NCBI GenBank assembly: GCA_963715475.1
Contig: OY970241.1
Location: 1,827,309-1,891,308, forward strand
DNA length: 64,000 bases
Direction: 5' to 3'
DNA from: an uncultured Actinomycetes bacterium
GTDB taxonomy: Bacteria > Actinomycetota > Thermoleophilia > Solirubrobacterales > 70-9
Shown here: positions 1 to 8,471 of the stretch, piece after piece
How positions within the stretch are numbered: position 1 is the stretch's first letter
Layout of the letters: every line of letters starts with the position of its first letter
Program-made: the position numbers and the translations under genes
The notes under the pieces: model-generated
Seen by the model: the letters and a program-made list of their open reading frames with translations, nothing else
Told to the model about the DNA's origin: nothing
Databases searched by the model: none

Positions 1-160
1 CGTACTGAGCGGAGTCCTTGCCGCGCTCGATTTCGCTGACGAAGCGCAGGCTGACGCGGGCGACGTCCGCCAGCTCTTCCTGGCTCAGTTTCAGCTCATA
101 CCGGCGGCCGCGTATCGCGGCGCCCAGCTCGCCCGAGTTTTCGATCGGCAGTAGATCCAT
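1..160 (-). CDS. XRE/HipB (Y4mF)-like helix-turn-helix regulator, N-terminal part only (gene continues beyond left edge)
   Basis: Not in ORF track (edge-truncated). Reverse complement of 1..160 starts ATG (160..158) and reads MDLLPIENSGELGAAIRGRRYELKLSQEELADVARVSLRFVSEIERGKDSAQY, a typical HTH_XRE layout (LSQEELA-x3-VS-x3-VSEIERGK). Confidence 0.7.
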   Translation of the reverse strand, partial: MDLLPIENSGELGAAIRGRRYELKLSQEELADVARVSLRFVSEIERGKDSAQY

Positions 161-278
161 TTTCCCGCTCGGGAAAATATGGCACCTGTTGCGGCGGAAA
201 CGGGGCTTGTTTTCCCGTTCGGGAAAAATCGCCCGGCGACCCCGCTGCCTGCGAGGTTTTCTTTCCCGTTCGGGAAAA
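159..278. promoter_or_regulatory. three phased palindromic operator-like sites, consensus TTTCCCG-YT-CGGGAAA
   Basis: Inverted repeats at 159-178 (ATTTTCCCGCTCGGGAAAAT, overlaps the HTH start codon), 210-227 (TTTTCCCGTTCGGGAAAA) and 262-277 (TTTCCCGTTCGGGAAA). Centres are 50 and 51 bp apart. AT-rich islands in GC-rich DNA. Confidence 0.55.
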
Positions 279-281
279 GGT

Positions 282-1451
282 TCAGCTCAGGTGCTCGCGC
301 ATCCGCTCTACCGCCTCTTCGATCCGCTCGTCGGGGGCGGTCAGGGCGATGCGGAAGAAGCCCTCGCCGCTCGGCCCGTACATCGAGCCGGGCGAGATCA
401 CGACGGCGGCCTCCTCCAGCACCAGCTCGCAGAAGGAGGTCGAGGTGTGCCCCTCGGGGACAGGCGCCCAGACGTAGATCGTCCCCTGCGGCGAGGCCAC
501 CTCGACGCCGATCTCGGCGAGGGCCGAGACGACGAGGTCGCGGCGGCGGGCGTAGGTCGCGTTCATCTCCGCCAGCGGCTCGCCGGGGCCCTGCAGGGCG
601 GCGATGCCGGCCATCTGGACCGCCTCGAAGAGGCCGGAGTCGACGTTGGTCTTGAGCCGCCAGTAGGTCTGGATCGCCTCGGCGTTGCCGAGGATCGCGG
701 CGCAGCGCCAGCCGGTCATGTTGTAGCCCTTGGAGAGCGAGAAGACCTCGACCCCGACCTCCTTGGCGCCCGGGGTGGCGAGGAAGCTGGGGGCGACGTA
801 GCCGTCGTAGGTCGTCTCCGAGTAGGCGTTGTCGTGGACGACGAGGATCTCGTGCTCCCTGGCGAAGGCGACGACGGACTCGAAGAAGCCCTCCGGGACG
901 ACCGCGCCGGTCGGGTTGTTCGGGTAGTTGAGGAACATCAGCCGCGCCCGCGCGGCGACCTCGACCGGGACCGCGGTCAGGTCCGGGGCGAATCCCAGCG
1001 CCGGGACCAGCGGCAGCAGCTCGGCCTCGGCGCCGGCGAGGATCGGGCCGCCGGTGTAGACCGGGTAGCCGGGGTCGGAGGCGAGGGCGACGTCGCCGGG
1101 GTCGAGGAAGGCGAAGCAGAGGTTGTAGATGCACTCCTTGGCGCCGATCGCCGGGATCACCTCGGATCCGGGGTCGATCTCGACCCCGAAGCGGCGCTCG
1201 TAGAACCCGGCGAAGCCCTGGCGGAACTCGTCGCGGCCGCGGTTGCTCGGGTACCGGTGGTACGCCGGGTCCGCGACCGCCTCCTGCATCGCCGCGACGA
1301 CGTGCGGGTAGGTCGGCCGGTCGGGGTCGCCGATCCCGAGGCTGATCACGTCGATCCCGGCGGCGCGCTTGTCGGCGATCTGCTGCTCGAGTTCCTGGAA
1401 CTTGTACGGCGGGATCGCCTCGAGGCGCTTGGAGGGGTCGGAGATGCCCAT
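282..1451 (-). CDS. dapL: LL-diaminopimelate aminotransferase (class I PLP aminotransferase)
   Basis: 389-aa ORF with IPPYKF...LGIGDPD N-terminus, NPTG and PLP-lysine motif SLSKGYNMTGWR. Adjacent to dapF. Confidence 0.8.
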   Translation of the reverse strand: MGISDPSKRLEAIPPYKFQELEQQIADKRAAGIDVISLGIGDPDRPTYPHVVAAMQEAVADPAYHRYPSNRGRDEFRQGFAGFYERRFGVEIDPGSEVIPAIGAKECIYNLCFAFLDPGDVALASDPGYPVYTGGPILAGAEAELLPLVPALGFAPDLTAVPVEVAARARLMFLNYPNNPTGAVVPEGFFESVVAFAREHEILVVHDNAYSETTYDGYVAPSFLATPGAKEVGVEVFSLSKGYNMTGWRCAAILGNAEAIQTYWRLKTNVDSGLFEAVQMAGIAALQGPGEPLAEMNATYARRRDLVVSALAEIGVEVASPQGTIYVWAPVPEGHTSTSFCELVLEEAAVVISPGSMYGPSGEGFFRIALTAPDERIEEAVERMREHLS

Positions 1452-1492
1452 GCGGAGGCGGGAATCTATGCGATCGGGCGCCCGGCCGGCGC

Positions 1493-2341
1493 TCAGTCGC
1501 CGCCGAGCTCGGAGAGCGCCTGCAGCAGCTCCGGCGTCAGCTCACCGGCGAAGACCGGCTCGGCCCAGCCGTCGAGCCGCACCCGCAGGTCCTCGCCGAC
1601 CTCGACCGTCAGCTCGCCGCCTTCGAGCTCGACCGCGATCGGGCTCTCGGCGCCGCGCAGGAAGGCGGTGACGGCGGCGCCGGCGGCGCCGGTGCCCGAG
1701 GAGAGCGTCTCCCCCACCCCGCGCTCGAAGATCCGCGCCCGGACCCGGCTGCCGTCGATCTCCAGGAAGGAGACGTTGGTCCGGTTGGGGAAGAGCTCGC
1801 CGGCTTCGATCTCCGGCCCGATCGCGCCGAGGTCGAGCTGGTCGAGCTCGGGGCCGACGACGATCGCGCACTGCGGGTTGCCGATCGAGACGTGCTGGAA
1901 CTCCCAGCGGCGGCCGCCGGCCTCGACCGAGCCACGGCCGTCCCCGCCGCCCGAGGGGAAGTCCTTGGAGGCGGTCGCGGCGCGGCCCATGTCGACCGAG
2001 CAGGTCAGCTCGCCGGTGATCGTCGGCCGGATCGGGCCGGCGACGGTGGAGATCGCGAACTCCTCCGCCTCGGTCCAGCCGTGGCGGCGCAGGTAGAGGA
2101 TCGCCTCGCGGGCGCCGTTCCCGGAGAGCTCGGCCTCGGAGCCGTCGGGGTTGAAGATCCGCAGCTCGGCGACGAACTCCGGATCGTCGCTCCTGGCGAG
2201 CAGCAGCACCCCGTCGGCCCCGACCCCGAAGTGCTGGTCGCAGAGCCACTCGATCCGCGCCCCGGTCAGCTCCCAGGGCAGCCGCTCCGCCTCGAGGATC
2301 AGGTAGTCGTTGCCCAGCGCCTGCCACTTTTCGAATTTCAC
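1493..2341 (-). CDS. dapF: diaminopimelate epimerase homologue (Ser at both catalytic Cys positions)
   Basis: Recognisable part of track ORF 1493..2677 begins at GTG 2341 (VKFEKWQALGNDY...), forming a GTGA overlap with the miaA stop. DapF signatures GNDY, IFNPDGSEAELSGNGAR, SIGNPQC and ERGVGETLSSGTG are present. The upstream 112 codons are Arg/Pro-rich shadow sequence. Confidence 0.85.
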   Translation of the reverse strand: MKFEKWQALGNDYLILEAERLPWELTGARIEWLCDQHFGVGADGVLLLARSDDPEFVAELRIFNPDGSEAELSGNGAREAILYLRRHGWTEAEEFAISTVAGPIRPTITGELTCSVDMGRAATASKDFPSGGGDGRGSVEAGGRRWEFQHVSIGNPQCAIVVGPELDQLDLGAIGPEIEAGELFPNRTNVSFLEIDGSRVRARIFERGVGETLSSGTGAAGAAVTAFLRGAESPIAVELEGGELTVEVGEDLRVRLDGWAEPVFAGELTPELLQALSELGGD

Positions 2342-3063
2342 GCGCGGGAGCCTATTCGCGCGGCCACCTCGAGGTCGCTGAGATCGGTGCGGTCGATCGT
2401 GACGAGGTCGGGGATCTTGCGCATCCAGGTGAGCTGGCGGCGGGCGTAGTTGCGGGAGCGCCGCTTCATCGTCTCCAGGTCGCCGGCGAGGAGCTCGTCG
2501 AAGCCGAGCGCCTTGCGGGCGGTGCGGCCGGGGCCGAGCTCGTCGGCGCGCCGGGCCTCCGCGGCGGCGCCCCCGGCGACGATCGCCTCGACCCGGGCAT
2601 CGATCCGCTCGTACAGCCGCGCCCGCTCCATGTCGAGCCCGAAGATCGTCGTCGGCTGCCGCGTCTCCGGCGACCACAGCTCCGACTCCTCCGCTTCGGG
2701 CGCCACCTTCCGCAGCGAAAGCTCGGCCACCGCCGCCCGCAGATAGAGCCCGGTCCCCCCCACCACGATCGGCGTGCGACCTTCATCCAGGGCCCGATCG
2801 ATCTCGGCGTGTGCCAACGGCATGTAGTCCCCGACCGAAAAGTCGCTGGTAACCGGCACGAAACCAAGCAACCGATGCTCCAACCTCTGCCTCTCCTCGG
2901 CGGAAGCCGCCCCGGTGAGCACCTCCAGCCCCTCATAGACCTGCAAGGCATCGCAGTTGATCGCGACCGGATCCTCGCCCCCCTCTCGCAGCAGCTCGGC
3001 AAGCGCAAGCGCCACCCCGGTCTTCCCGACTCCGGTCGGCCCGAATATCGCCAGCACAGTCAT
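2338..3063 (-). CDS. miaA: tRNA dimethylallyltransferase
   Basis: P-loop MTVLAIFGPTGVGKTG and C-terminal YARRQLTWMRK motif. ATG at 3063 preferred over the track GTG at 3072. Short form (241 aa). Confidence 0.85.
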   Translation of the reverse strand: MTVLAIFGPTGVGKTGVALALAELLREGGEDPVAINCDALQVYEGLEVLTGAASAEERQRLEHRLLGFVPVTSDFSVGDYMPLAHAEIDRALDEGRTPIVVGGTGLYLRAAVAELSLRKVAPEAEESELWSPETRQPTTIFGLDMERARLYERIDARVEAIVAGGAAAEARRADELGPGRTARKALGFDELLAGDLETMKRRSRNYARRQLTWMRKIPDLVTIDRTDLSDLEVAARIGSRA

Positions 3064-3090
3064 GGATTCCACGCCGCCAGAACATTCATA

Positions 3091-3196
3091 GGGTGTCGGG
3101 GAAGCCCCGAACGGCTTGTACTTTTTCGGCGCCCACGCCCTCGGACGGCCCTAGGCGATCACCGAAAAAGTTGAGAGAGGGGCTTCACCGACACCC
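3091..3196. repeat. nested palindromic element, family B copy 1 (core GAACGNCTTGTACTTTTTCG ... CACCGAAAAAGTT)
   Basis: Outer 18-bp arms GGGTGTCGGGGAAGCCCC / GGGGCTTCACCGACACCC (1 mismatch). Inner 10-bp stem ACTTTTTCGG (3120-3129) / CCGAAAAAGT (3162-3171). A second copy with the same core and different outer arms lies at 45649-45769. Confidence 0.6.
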
Positions 3197-4487
3197 CACC
3201 CAGCGTCTGCGAGGTAGCTGAGGTGATCTCCACCGCCACGAACTCCCCGGGCTCGGCGACCCCGTCGAAGTTGACAGCCTTGCCATGCCGGGTCCGCCCC
3301 CGCAGCTTCGTCTCATCGGTCCGGCTCGTCCCTTCGACCAGCACGTCCAGCGTCCGCCCGACGAACCGCTGCGCCCGCTCGGCCGCCCGCCGCTGGACGA
3401 CCTCGACCAGCCGTTCCATCCGCTCGACCTTGAGCGGGTGCGGAAGCTGCCCCTCCATCTGCGCCGCCTCGGTTTCCCGCCGCGGCGAGAAGACGAAGGT
3501 GAAGGCGCCGTCGTAGCCGACCTCCTCGGCCACCTCGAGCGTCTCGGCGAAGTCGGCCTCGGTCTCGCCGGGGAAGCCGACGATGATGTCGGTGGTGATC
3601 GCGCAGTCGGGGACGTGCTCGCGGATCAGCGCCACCCGGTCCATGTAGCGCTGCCGGTCGTAGGTGCGCCGCATCCGTTTCAGCACCGCGCTGGAGCCCG
3701 ACTGCAGCGGCAGGTGGATCTGCTCGCAGAGGGCGGGCAGCTCGGCGTGGGCGCGGATCACGTCCTCCTTCATGTCCTTCGGGTGCGGGCTGGTGTAGCG
3801 GATCCGCTCGATCCCCTCGATCGCGTCGACCCGGCGCAGCAGCTCGGAGAAGCCGATCCGCGTCGCCCGCGGCAGGTCGCGCCCGTAGCTGTTGACGTTC
3901 TGGCCCAGCAGGGTCACCTCGACGACGCCGTCGGCGGCCAGCGCCTCGGCCTCGGCGACCAGCTCGCCGGGGTCGCGGCTGACCTCGCGCCCCCTGGTCG
4001 AGGGGACGATGCAATAGGAGCAGACGCAGTTGCAGCCCTGGGAGATCTGCAGCCAGCCCTGGAACTCGCGCTCGCGGCGGGCCGGCAGGTGGCCGGAGAA
4101 GTCCTCGAACTCGAAGTAGCCCTGGGCGCTGAGCGAGTCGCTGTTGAGGAACTCGGCGAGCTTGTGGATCTGGCCGGGGCCGAAGGCGACGTCGACGAAC
4201 GGGAAGCGCTCGAAGACCTCGTCCTTGACCGACTGCGCCCAGCAGCCGCCGACCCCGACGATCCGCTCGGGGTCCTCGCCCTTCAGCCGCTTCGCCTGCC
4301 CGAGGTGGGCGATGAAACGGCTGTCCGCCGACTCCCGGATCGAGCAGGTGTTGAAGAGGATCAGGTCGGCCTCCTCGCGGCTCGGCGCCTCCTCGTAGCC
4401 GAGCGAGGACAGCATCCCCCGCATCCGCTCGGAGTCGTGCACGTTCATCTGACACCCGAAGGTGGTGACATGGAACCGCTTCGCCAT
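3159..4487 (-). CDS. miaB: tRNA-2-methylthio-N6-dimethylallyladenosine synthase (radical SAM methylthiotransferase)
   Basis: Starts MAKRFHVTTFGCQMN (ATG 4487). Has MTTase cysteines (GCQMN, NTCSIRE, GGCWAQ), radical-SAM CNCVCSYC and a C-terminal TRAM domain. The track start at 4616 is a shadow extension. The last ~13 codons and the TGA lie inside repeat B1. Confidence 0.9.
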   Translation of the reverse strand: MAKRFHVTTFGCQMNVHDSERMRGMLSSLGYEEAPSREEADLILFNTCSIRESADSRFIAHLGQAKRLKGEDPERIVGVGGCWAQSVKDEVFERFPFVDVAFGPGQIHKLAEFLNSDSLSAQGYFEFEDFSGHLPARREREFQGWLQISQGCNCVCSYCIVPSTRGREVSRDPGELVAEAEALAADGVVEVTLLGQNVNSYGRDLPRATRIGFSELLRRVDAIEGIERIRYTSPHPKDMKEDVIRAHAELPALCEQIHLPLQSGSSAVLKRMRRTYDRQRYMDRVALIREHVPDCAITTDIIVGFPGETEADFAETLEVAEEVGYDGAFTFVFSPRRETEAAQMEGQLPHPLKVERMERLVEVVQRRAAERAQRFVGRTLDVLVEGTSRTDETKLRGRTRHGKAVNFDGVAEPGEFVAVEITSATSQTLGGVSVKPLSQLFR

Positions 4488-4518
4488 CCGCGATGAGCTT
4501 AACGCCCGGTTTGAGTGG

Positions 4519-4785
4519 CTAAGGCTTTTCGTAGGGGCCGGAGGTCTGACTCTTTTCGATCTCCTTGCCCGCCTTCTCGAGCTCGGCGGCCTTCGCCTTC
4601 TGCTCGTCCTGGGCATGGAGCACGGCGAAGGTCGTCGCGCCGCCGACGAAGACCGCGAACCAGAGCAGGATCACCGGCAGGAAGCGGCCGGGGAAATCCT
4701 TCAGTTTGAGGCCGACGATGCTGACCGAGACGGCCGAGAGGGCGAGGACGCACCCGCAGATGTAGAAGAGGGTTTCGTTGCTCAT
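4519..4785 (-). CDS. small hypothetical membrane protein (2 predicted TM helices, Lys/Glu-rich tail)
   Basis: 88-aa ORF with ATG start and GC3-rich codon usage like its neighbours. Hydrophobic segments FYICGCVLALSAVSVSIVGL and FLPVILLWFAVFVGGATTFAVL. I recognise no family. Confidence 0.55.
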   Translation of the reverse strand: MSNETLFYICGCVLALSAVSVSIVGLKLKDFPGRFLPVILLWFAVFVGGATTFAVLHAQDEQKAKAAELEKAGKEIEKSQTSGPYEKP

Positions 4786-4844
4786 GGGAAAGCGGCGGTG
4801 ATCCTATAGAGGTTGGCGGCCCGGCCGCCGTGAGGCGAGGCCGC

Positions 4845-5945
4845 CTACGCGGCCTTCGCCTCGGGTGCCCGCGCCGGCGCCTCGACCGGCTCCTCGCCCG
4901 ACTGCGGCGCCTCGCCGTCGATCCCCAGCGCCGTGCGCACCTTGGTTTCGATCTCCAGCGCCAGCTCCGGATTGTCGACCAGGAACTGCTTGGCGTTGTT
5001 GCGCCCCTGGCCGAGCCGGGTCTCGCCGTAGGAGAAGAAGGAGCCCGATTTCTGGACCAGATCCTGTTCCATCCCGAAGTCGAGCAGGCCGCCCTCGCGG
5101 GAGATCCCGACCCCGTACTCGATGTCGAACTCGGCCTGGCGGAAGGGCGAGGCGACCTTGTTCTTGACGACTTTCACCCGCACCCGGTTGCCGACCGCCT
5201 CGGTCCCTTCCTTGAGGGTCTCGATGCGGCGGATGTCGAGCCGCTGCGAGGAGTAGAACTTCAGCGCCCGGCCGCCCGGCTGGGTCTCCGGCGAGCCGAA
5301 CTGGACGCCGACCTTTTCGCGGATCTGGTTGGTGAAGAGGCAGACGGTGTTGGTCCGGTTGAGGTTGCCGGCCAGTTTCCGCATCGCCTGCGACATCAGC
5401 CGCGCCTGCAGCCCGACCGTGGTGTCGCCGATCTGCCCGTCGAGCTCGGCTTTCGGCGTCAGCGCCGCGACCGAGTCGATCGCCACCACGTCGACCGCCC
5501 CGGAGGCGATCAGCCGGTCGGCGATCTGCAGCGCCTGCTCGCCGTAGTCGGGCTGGGAGACGAGCAGCTCGTCGGTGTCGACGCCGATCGCCCGCGAGTA
5601 GACCGGGTCGATCGCGTGCTCGGTGTCGATGAAGGCGCAGACCCCGCCGATCGCCTGGGCCTGGGCGATGATGTGGTTGACGAGCGTCGTCTTCCCCGAG
5701 GACTCCGGGCCGAAGATCTCGACGATCCGCCCGCGCGGGACGCCGCCGATGCCGAGGGCGAGGTCGAGCGCCAGCGATCCGGTCGGGATCGCGTCGACCT
5801 TGACGGTGCCTTTGTCGCCGAGGCGCATCAGCGCGCCCTCGCCGAACTCTTTGCGGATCCCGCCCACCGCGCTCTCCAGCGCCGCGTCCTTCGCCTTCGC
5901 CTCCTTGGCGGAGACGTCGTTCAAGCTCACTTTTCTCTCTGCCAT
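4845..5945 (-). CDS. recA: recombinase A
   Basis: Walker [10 protein letters not shown] and FIDTEHALDP-like motif. ATG at 5945 with GAGGTGA 5 nt upstream is preferred over the track GTG at 5954. Confidence 0.95.
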   Translation of the reverse strand: MAERKVSLNDVSAKEAKAKDAALESAVGGIRKEFGEGALMRLGDKGTVKVDAIPTGSLALDLALGIGGVPRGRIVEIFGPESSGKTTLVNHIIAQAQAIGGVCAFIDTEHAIDPVYSRAIGVDTDELLVSQPDYGEQALQIADRLIASGAVDVVAIDSVAALTPKAELDGQIGDTTVGLQARLMSQAMRKLAGNLNRTNTVCLFTNQIREKVGVQFGSPETQPGGRALKFYSSQRLDIRRIETLKEGTEAVGNRVRVKVVKNKVASPFRQAEFDIEYGVGISREGGLLDFGMEQDLVQKSGSFFSYGETRLGQGRNNAKQFLVDNPELALEIETKVRTALGIDGEAPQSGEEPVEAPARAPEAKAA

Positions 5946-5966
5946 CTCGATCACCTCACTGCTGCC

Positions 5967-6560
5967 TCATCCGGGCAGCTCGACTTGCGCCAGCGGGACG
6001 TAACGCGCGCCCTGCGGCTGGAGTTCAGAACGGTAGAGCGTCATCCGGCGGCAAACCCGTGCCTCGGACAGCTCGTCCGGCAACTTCGCCGGGGACTTCG
6101 AGACGACCGCCGGCCGCCTCGACCCGCGCGCCTCGGGACGCACCCTGGCCACGGTCACGTGCGGCCAGAACGGCCGCTTCTCGGGCTTGTAGAAGCCTTG
6201 CCCGGCGAGCGCCTGCTCGAGGCCCGCCTGCAGCATCTCGGCGCCGGGCGAGATCGCCGGCAGCGCATAGAGCCGGGCCCTCCCCCGCGGCGGCCGCTGC
6301 TCGGGGTCGCGCAGCTCCAGCCAGGGCGCCGGCGCGGCGCTCTTCCGCACCGCGGCGGCGACCGCCTCGACCTCCTTCGCCGGCCGGTAGCCGAGGAAGG
6401 CGAGGGTGACGTGGAGGGCCGCCGCCGGCACCGGCCGCAGCGCCGGGTCGCTCAGAGCCTCCTCCCTCCCCCACGCGGCGATCCCGTCGCGGAGCTCCCC
6501 GGGCAGGTCGAGGGCGACGAACAGGCGCACCCGCGGGCTCTTCGCTCGCTCCTTGGTCAT
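5967..6560 (-). CDS. thpR: RNA 2',3'-cyclic phosphodiesterase (2H phosphoesterase / LigT-like)
   Basis: Two H-x-T motifs (HVTLAFLG, HVTVARV). Conserved cinA-thpR-recA context. ATG at 6560 (MTKERAK...). Confidence 0.75.
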   Translation of the reverse strand: MTKERAKSPRVRLFVALDLPGELRDGIAAWGREEALSDPALRPVPAAALHVTLAFLGYRPAKEVEAVAAAVRKSAAPAPWLELRDPEQRPPRGRARLYALPAISPGAEMLQAGLEQALAGQGFYKPEKRPFWPHVTVARVRPEARGSRRPAVVSKSPAKLPDELSEARVCRRMTLYRSELQPQGARYVPLAQVELPG

Positions 6561-6617
6561 GGCGGCCAAGCTACGGGGCGGGGACGCGCGAAACAACGCC
6601 CTATCGCAAAATTTCAG

Positions 6618-7895
6618 CTACGACTTTGAGCCGATTTCCTCACCCAGAAGCTGGCGCAGCAGATGCATGCCGACCAGGGCCGAGCGCTCGCGGATGTCGG
6701 GCCGGCCGCCGGGGACGATCGGGTCGCGGGCGATCGCGGTCCCGTCGGCGAGGCGGGCGTTGAAGCAGACGTAGCCGACCGGCTTCTCTTCGCTGCCGCC
6801 GCCGGGCCCGGCGATGCCGGTGATCGAGACCGCGACGTCGGCCTCGAAGCGCCGCAGGGCGCCGATCGCCATCGCCTCGGCCACCTCCGGCGAGACCGCC
6901 CCGTGCGCCTCGATCAGCCCCCGATCGACCCCCAGCAGCTCCGCCTTCGCCTCGTTGGAGTAGGCGACGACCCCGCCCGCGAAGTACTCCGAGGCCCCGG
7001 CCAGGTCGGTGATCCGCGCCGCCAGCAGGCCGCCGCTGCAGGACTCGGCCAGCGCCAGCCGCCGGCCGAGCAGGAGCGTCGCCACCTGGGCGTCGATAGT
7101 CTCGCCGTCGAGGCTGAAGGTCTCGCGCGGGTGCCGGCGCAGCAGCTCCTCCCGCACCGCCTCGGCCGCGTCGGCGGCCTCGTCGCGGTAGCGGACGTCG
7201 ATCTCGATCTCGCCCTTGCGCAGGCAGGTGGTGATCTCGACCGCGCCCAGGTCGACCCCGCCGGCTTCCATCTCCCGCAGGCTCTTGGCGATTTCGGACT
7301 CCGGCACCCCGAACATCCGCATCGTGTAGGCCCGCAGCGGCGTCGCCCGGGCGAGGACCGCCCGCACCTGCGGGGTCGCGGCCGCGTCCTCCCACATCGG
7401 CTGCAGCTCCCGCGGCGGCCCCGGCAGGACGACCACGACCCGCTCGCCGGCGGGCACCACCAGCCCCGGCGCCGTCCCGACCGGGTCCAGCGGCGTCGCC
7501 CCCTCGGGGACCATCGCCTGCTTGCGGTTCGCCTCCCGCATCGCCGCCTCGTCGAGGTTGAAGCGCTTCGCGAAGCCGGCGAGGATCGCGGCGATCTTGC
7601 CCTCCATCGCCTCGTCGAGGACCAGCGGCAGGCCGGCGAAGCGGGCGACGACCTCGGCGGTGAGGTCGTCGGCGGTCGGCCCGAGGCCGCCGCTGGTGAG
7701 GATCAGGTCCATCCCCTCGGCGGCCATGAAGCGGAGCGCGGCCTCGAGGTCCTCGGGGCGGTCGCCGACGACGAGGATGTGGGCCACCTCGACCCCCGAC
7801 GCGGCCAGCCGTTCGGAGAGCCAGGGGCCGTTCGAGTCGGCGATGCGGCCGGTGAGGACCTCGGTCCCGGTGACGACGATGCCGGCGCGGATCAC
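6618..7895 (-). CDS. cinA: competence/damage-inducible protein CinA (MoCF-binding domain + nicotinamide-nucleotide amidohydrolase domain)
   Basis: N-terminal [18 protein letters not shown] and C-terminal [13 protein letters not shown] motif. GTG start. Confidence 0.85.
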   Translation of the reverse strand: MIRAGIVVTGTEVLTGRIADSNGPWLSERLAASGVEVAHILVVGDRPEDLEAALRFMAAEGMDLILTSGGLGPTADDLTAEVVARFAGLPLVLDEAMEGKIAAILAGFAKRFNLDEAAMREANRKQAMVPEGATPLDPVGTAPGLVVPAGERVVVVLPGPPRELQPMWEDAAATPQVRAVLARATPLRAYTMRMFGVPESEIAKSLREMEAGGVDLGAVEITTCLRKGEIEIDVRYRDEAADAAEAVREELLRRHPRETFSLDGETIDAQVATLLLGRRLALAESCSGGLLAARITDLAGASEYFAGGVVAYSNEAKAELLGVDRGLIEAHGAVSPEVAEAMAIGALRRFEADVAVSITGIAGPGGGSEEKPVGYVCFNARLADGTAIARDPIVPGGRPDIRERSALVGMHLLRQLLGEEIGSKS

Positions 7896-7945
7896 GTGCG
7901 GCGGCGGGATCGCGGTTCGCTCGGGCGCGGCATCGTCCGCGGAAG

Positions 7946-8425
7946 CTACCGAACGGGAATCGCCTGGCCGACGTGCGGGCGCGGCTGTTGCCTGTGGCCG
8001 CCCCCGGCCGACCCCTGGTCGGAGCCGCCGCCCGTGGTCAGCCCGATCGCGAGCAGGGCGGCGATCGCCAGGGCGACGACGACGGCGACCGCGAGCCGCG
8101 GGGAGGGGCGCCGGCGGCCGCCCGCCCGGCGCCGCGAGACCGGGCGCGGGCGGGGATCGACGCGCGGCAGCCGCTCCCCCGGGCGCGCCGCGCCGCGGCT
8201 GCGGCGCTGCTCCTCGGCGAGGCGCTCGCCGTCGAGGCCGAGATAGCGCCCGTAGGTGCGGACGAAGGCCCGCGCGTAGGTCTCCCCCGGCAGCTGCTCC
8301 CAGTCGTCGTTCTCGATCGCCTGCAGGTAGCGGCCGCGGATCTTCGTCGCCGCTTCGACCTCGGCGAGGCTGAGCTTGCGGCGGCCGCGCGCCTCGCGCA
8401 GCTTCCGGCCTACGGAGTCGTCCAC
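7946..8425 (-). CDS. RodZ-like HTH domain membrane protein
   Basis: N-terminal HTH ([37 protein letters not shown]), basic linker and one TM helix ([19 protein letters not shown]). Short form without the C-terminal RodZ domain. Confidence 0.65.
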   Translation of the reverse strand: MDDSVGRKLREARGRRKLSLAEVEAATKIRGRYLQAIENDDWEQLPGETYARAFVRTYGRYLGLDGERLAEEQRRSRGAARPGERLPRVDPRPRPVSRRRAGGRRRPSPRLAVAVVVALAIAALLAIGLTTGGGSDQGSAGGGHRQQPRPHVGQAIPVR

Positions 8426-8471
8426 TCCCTCATTCTGCGCTTCTGCGCCGAAAGACGCAAAGTGCGGGCGT

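Noticed and set aside
18-2096. Long ORFs antisense to or out of frame with recognisable genes. Examples: 18-2096, 3285-4496, 4830-6629, 8376-10751, 11356-12846, 17408-19876, 23285-26311, 32623-35994, 42109-43848, 45759-47540, 55957-58296, 56318-58804, 59028-61709 and 61310-63724.
   Set aside because: Their translations are Arg/Pro/Gly/Ala/Asp low-complexity strings with no motifs. Each fully overlaps a gene with clear family signatures on the other strand or frame. This is typical shadow-ORF behaviour in ~70% GC DNA.
3091-3196. Family B elements as integron attC sites.
   Set aside because: The 45738 copy has GTTAAGT (fits GTTRRRY), but the 3171 copy has GTTGAGA. No matching RYYYAAC inverse core is present, and there is no integrase or cassette context.
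3159-4616. N-terminal extensions in the ORF track for miaB, dapF, rnj, rpsO, ribF, truB, pyrR, metM-like, SRAP, pmm, relA, crcB, the SDR, the IS110 transposase, rimP and rfbF.
   Set aside because: The tracker takes the most upstream ATG/GTG/TTG. The extensions are Arg/Pro-rich, overlap the upstream gene or a regulatory RNA, and precede start codons that match family N-termini and have SD sequences or stop/start overlaps.
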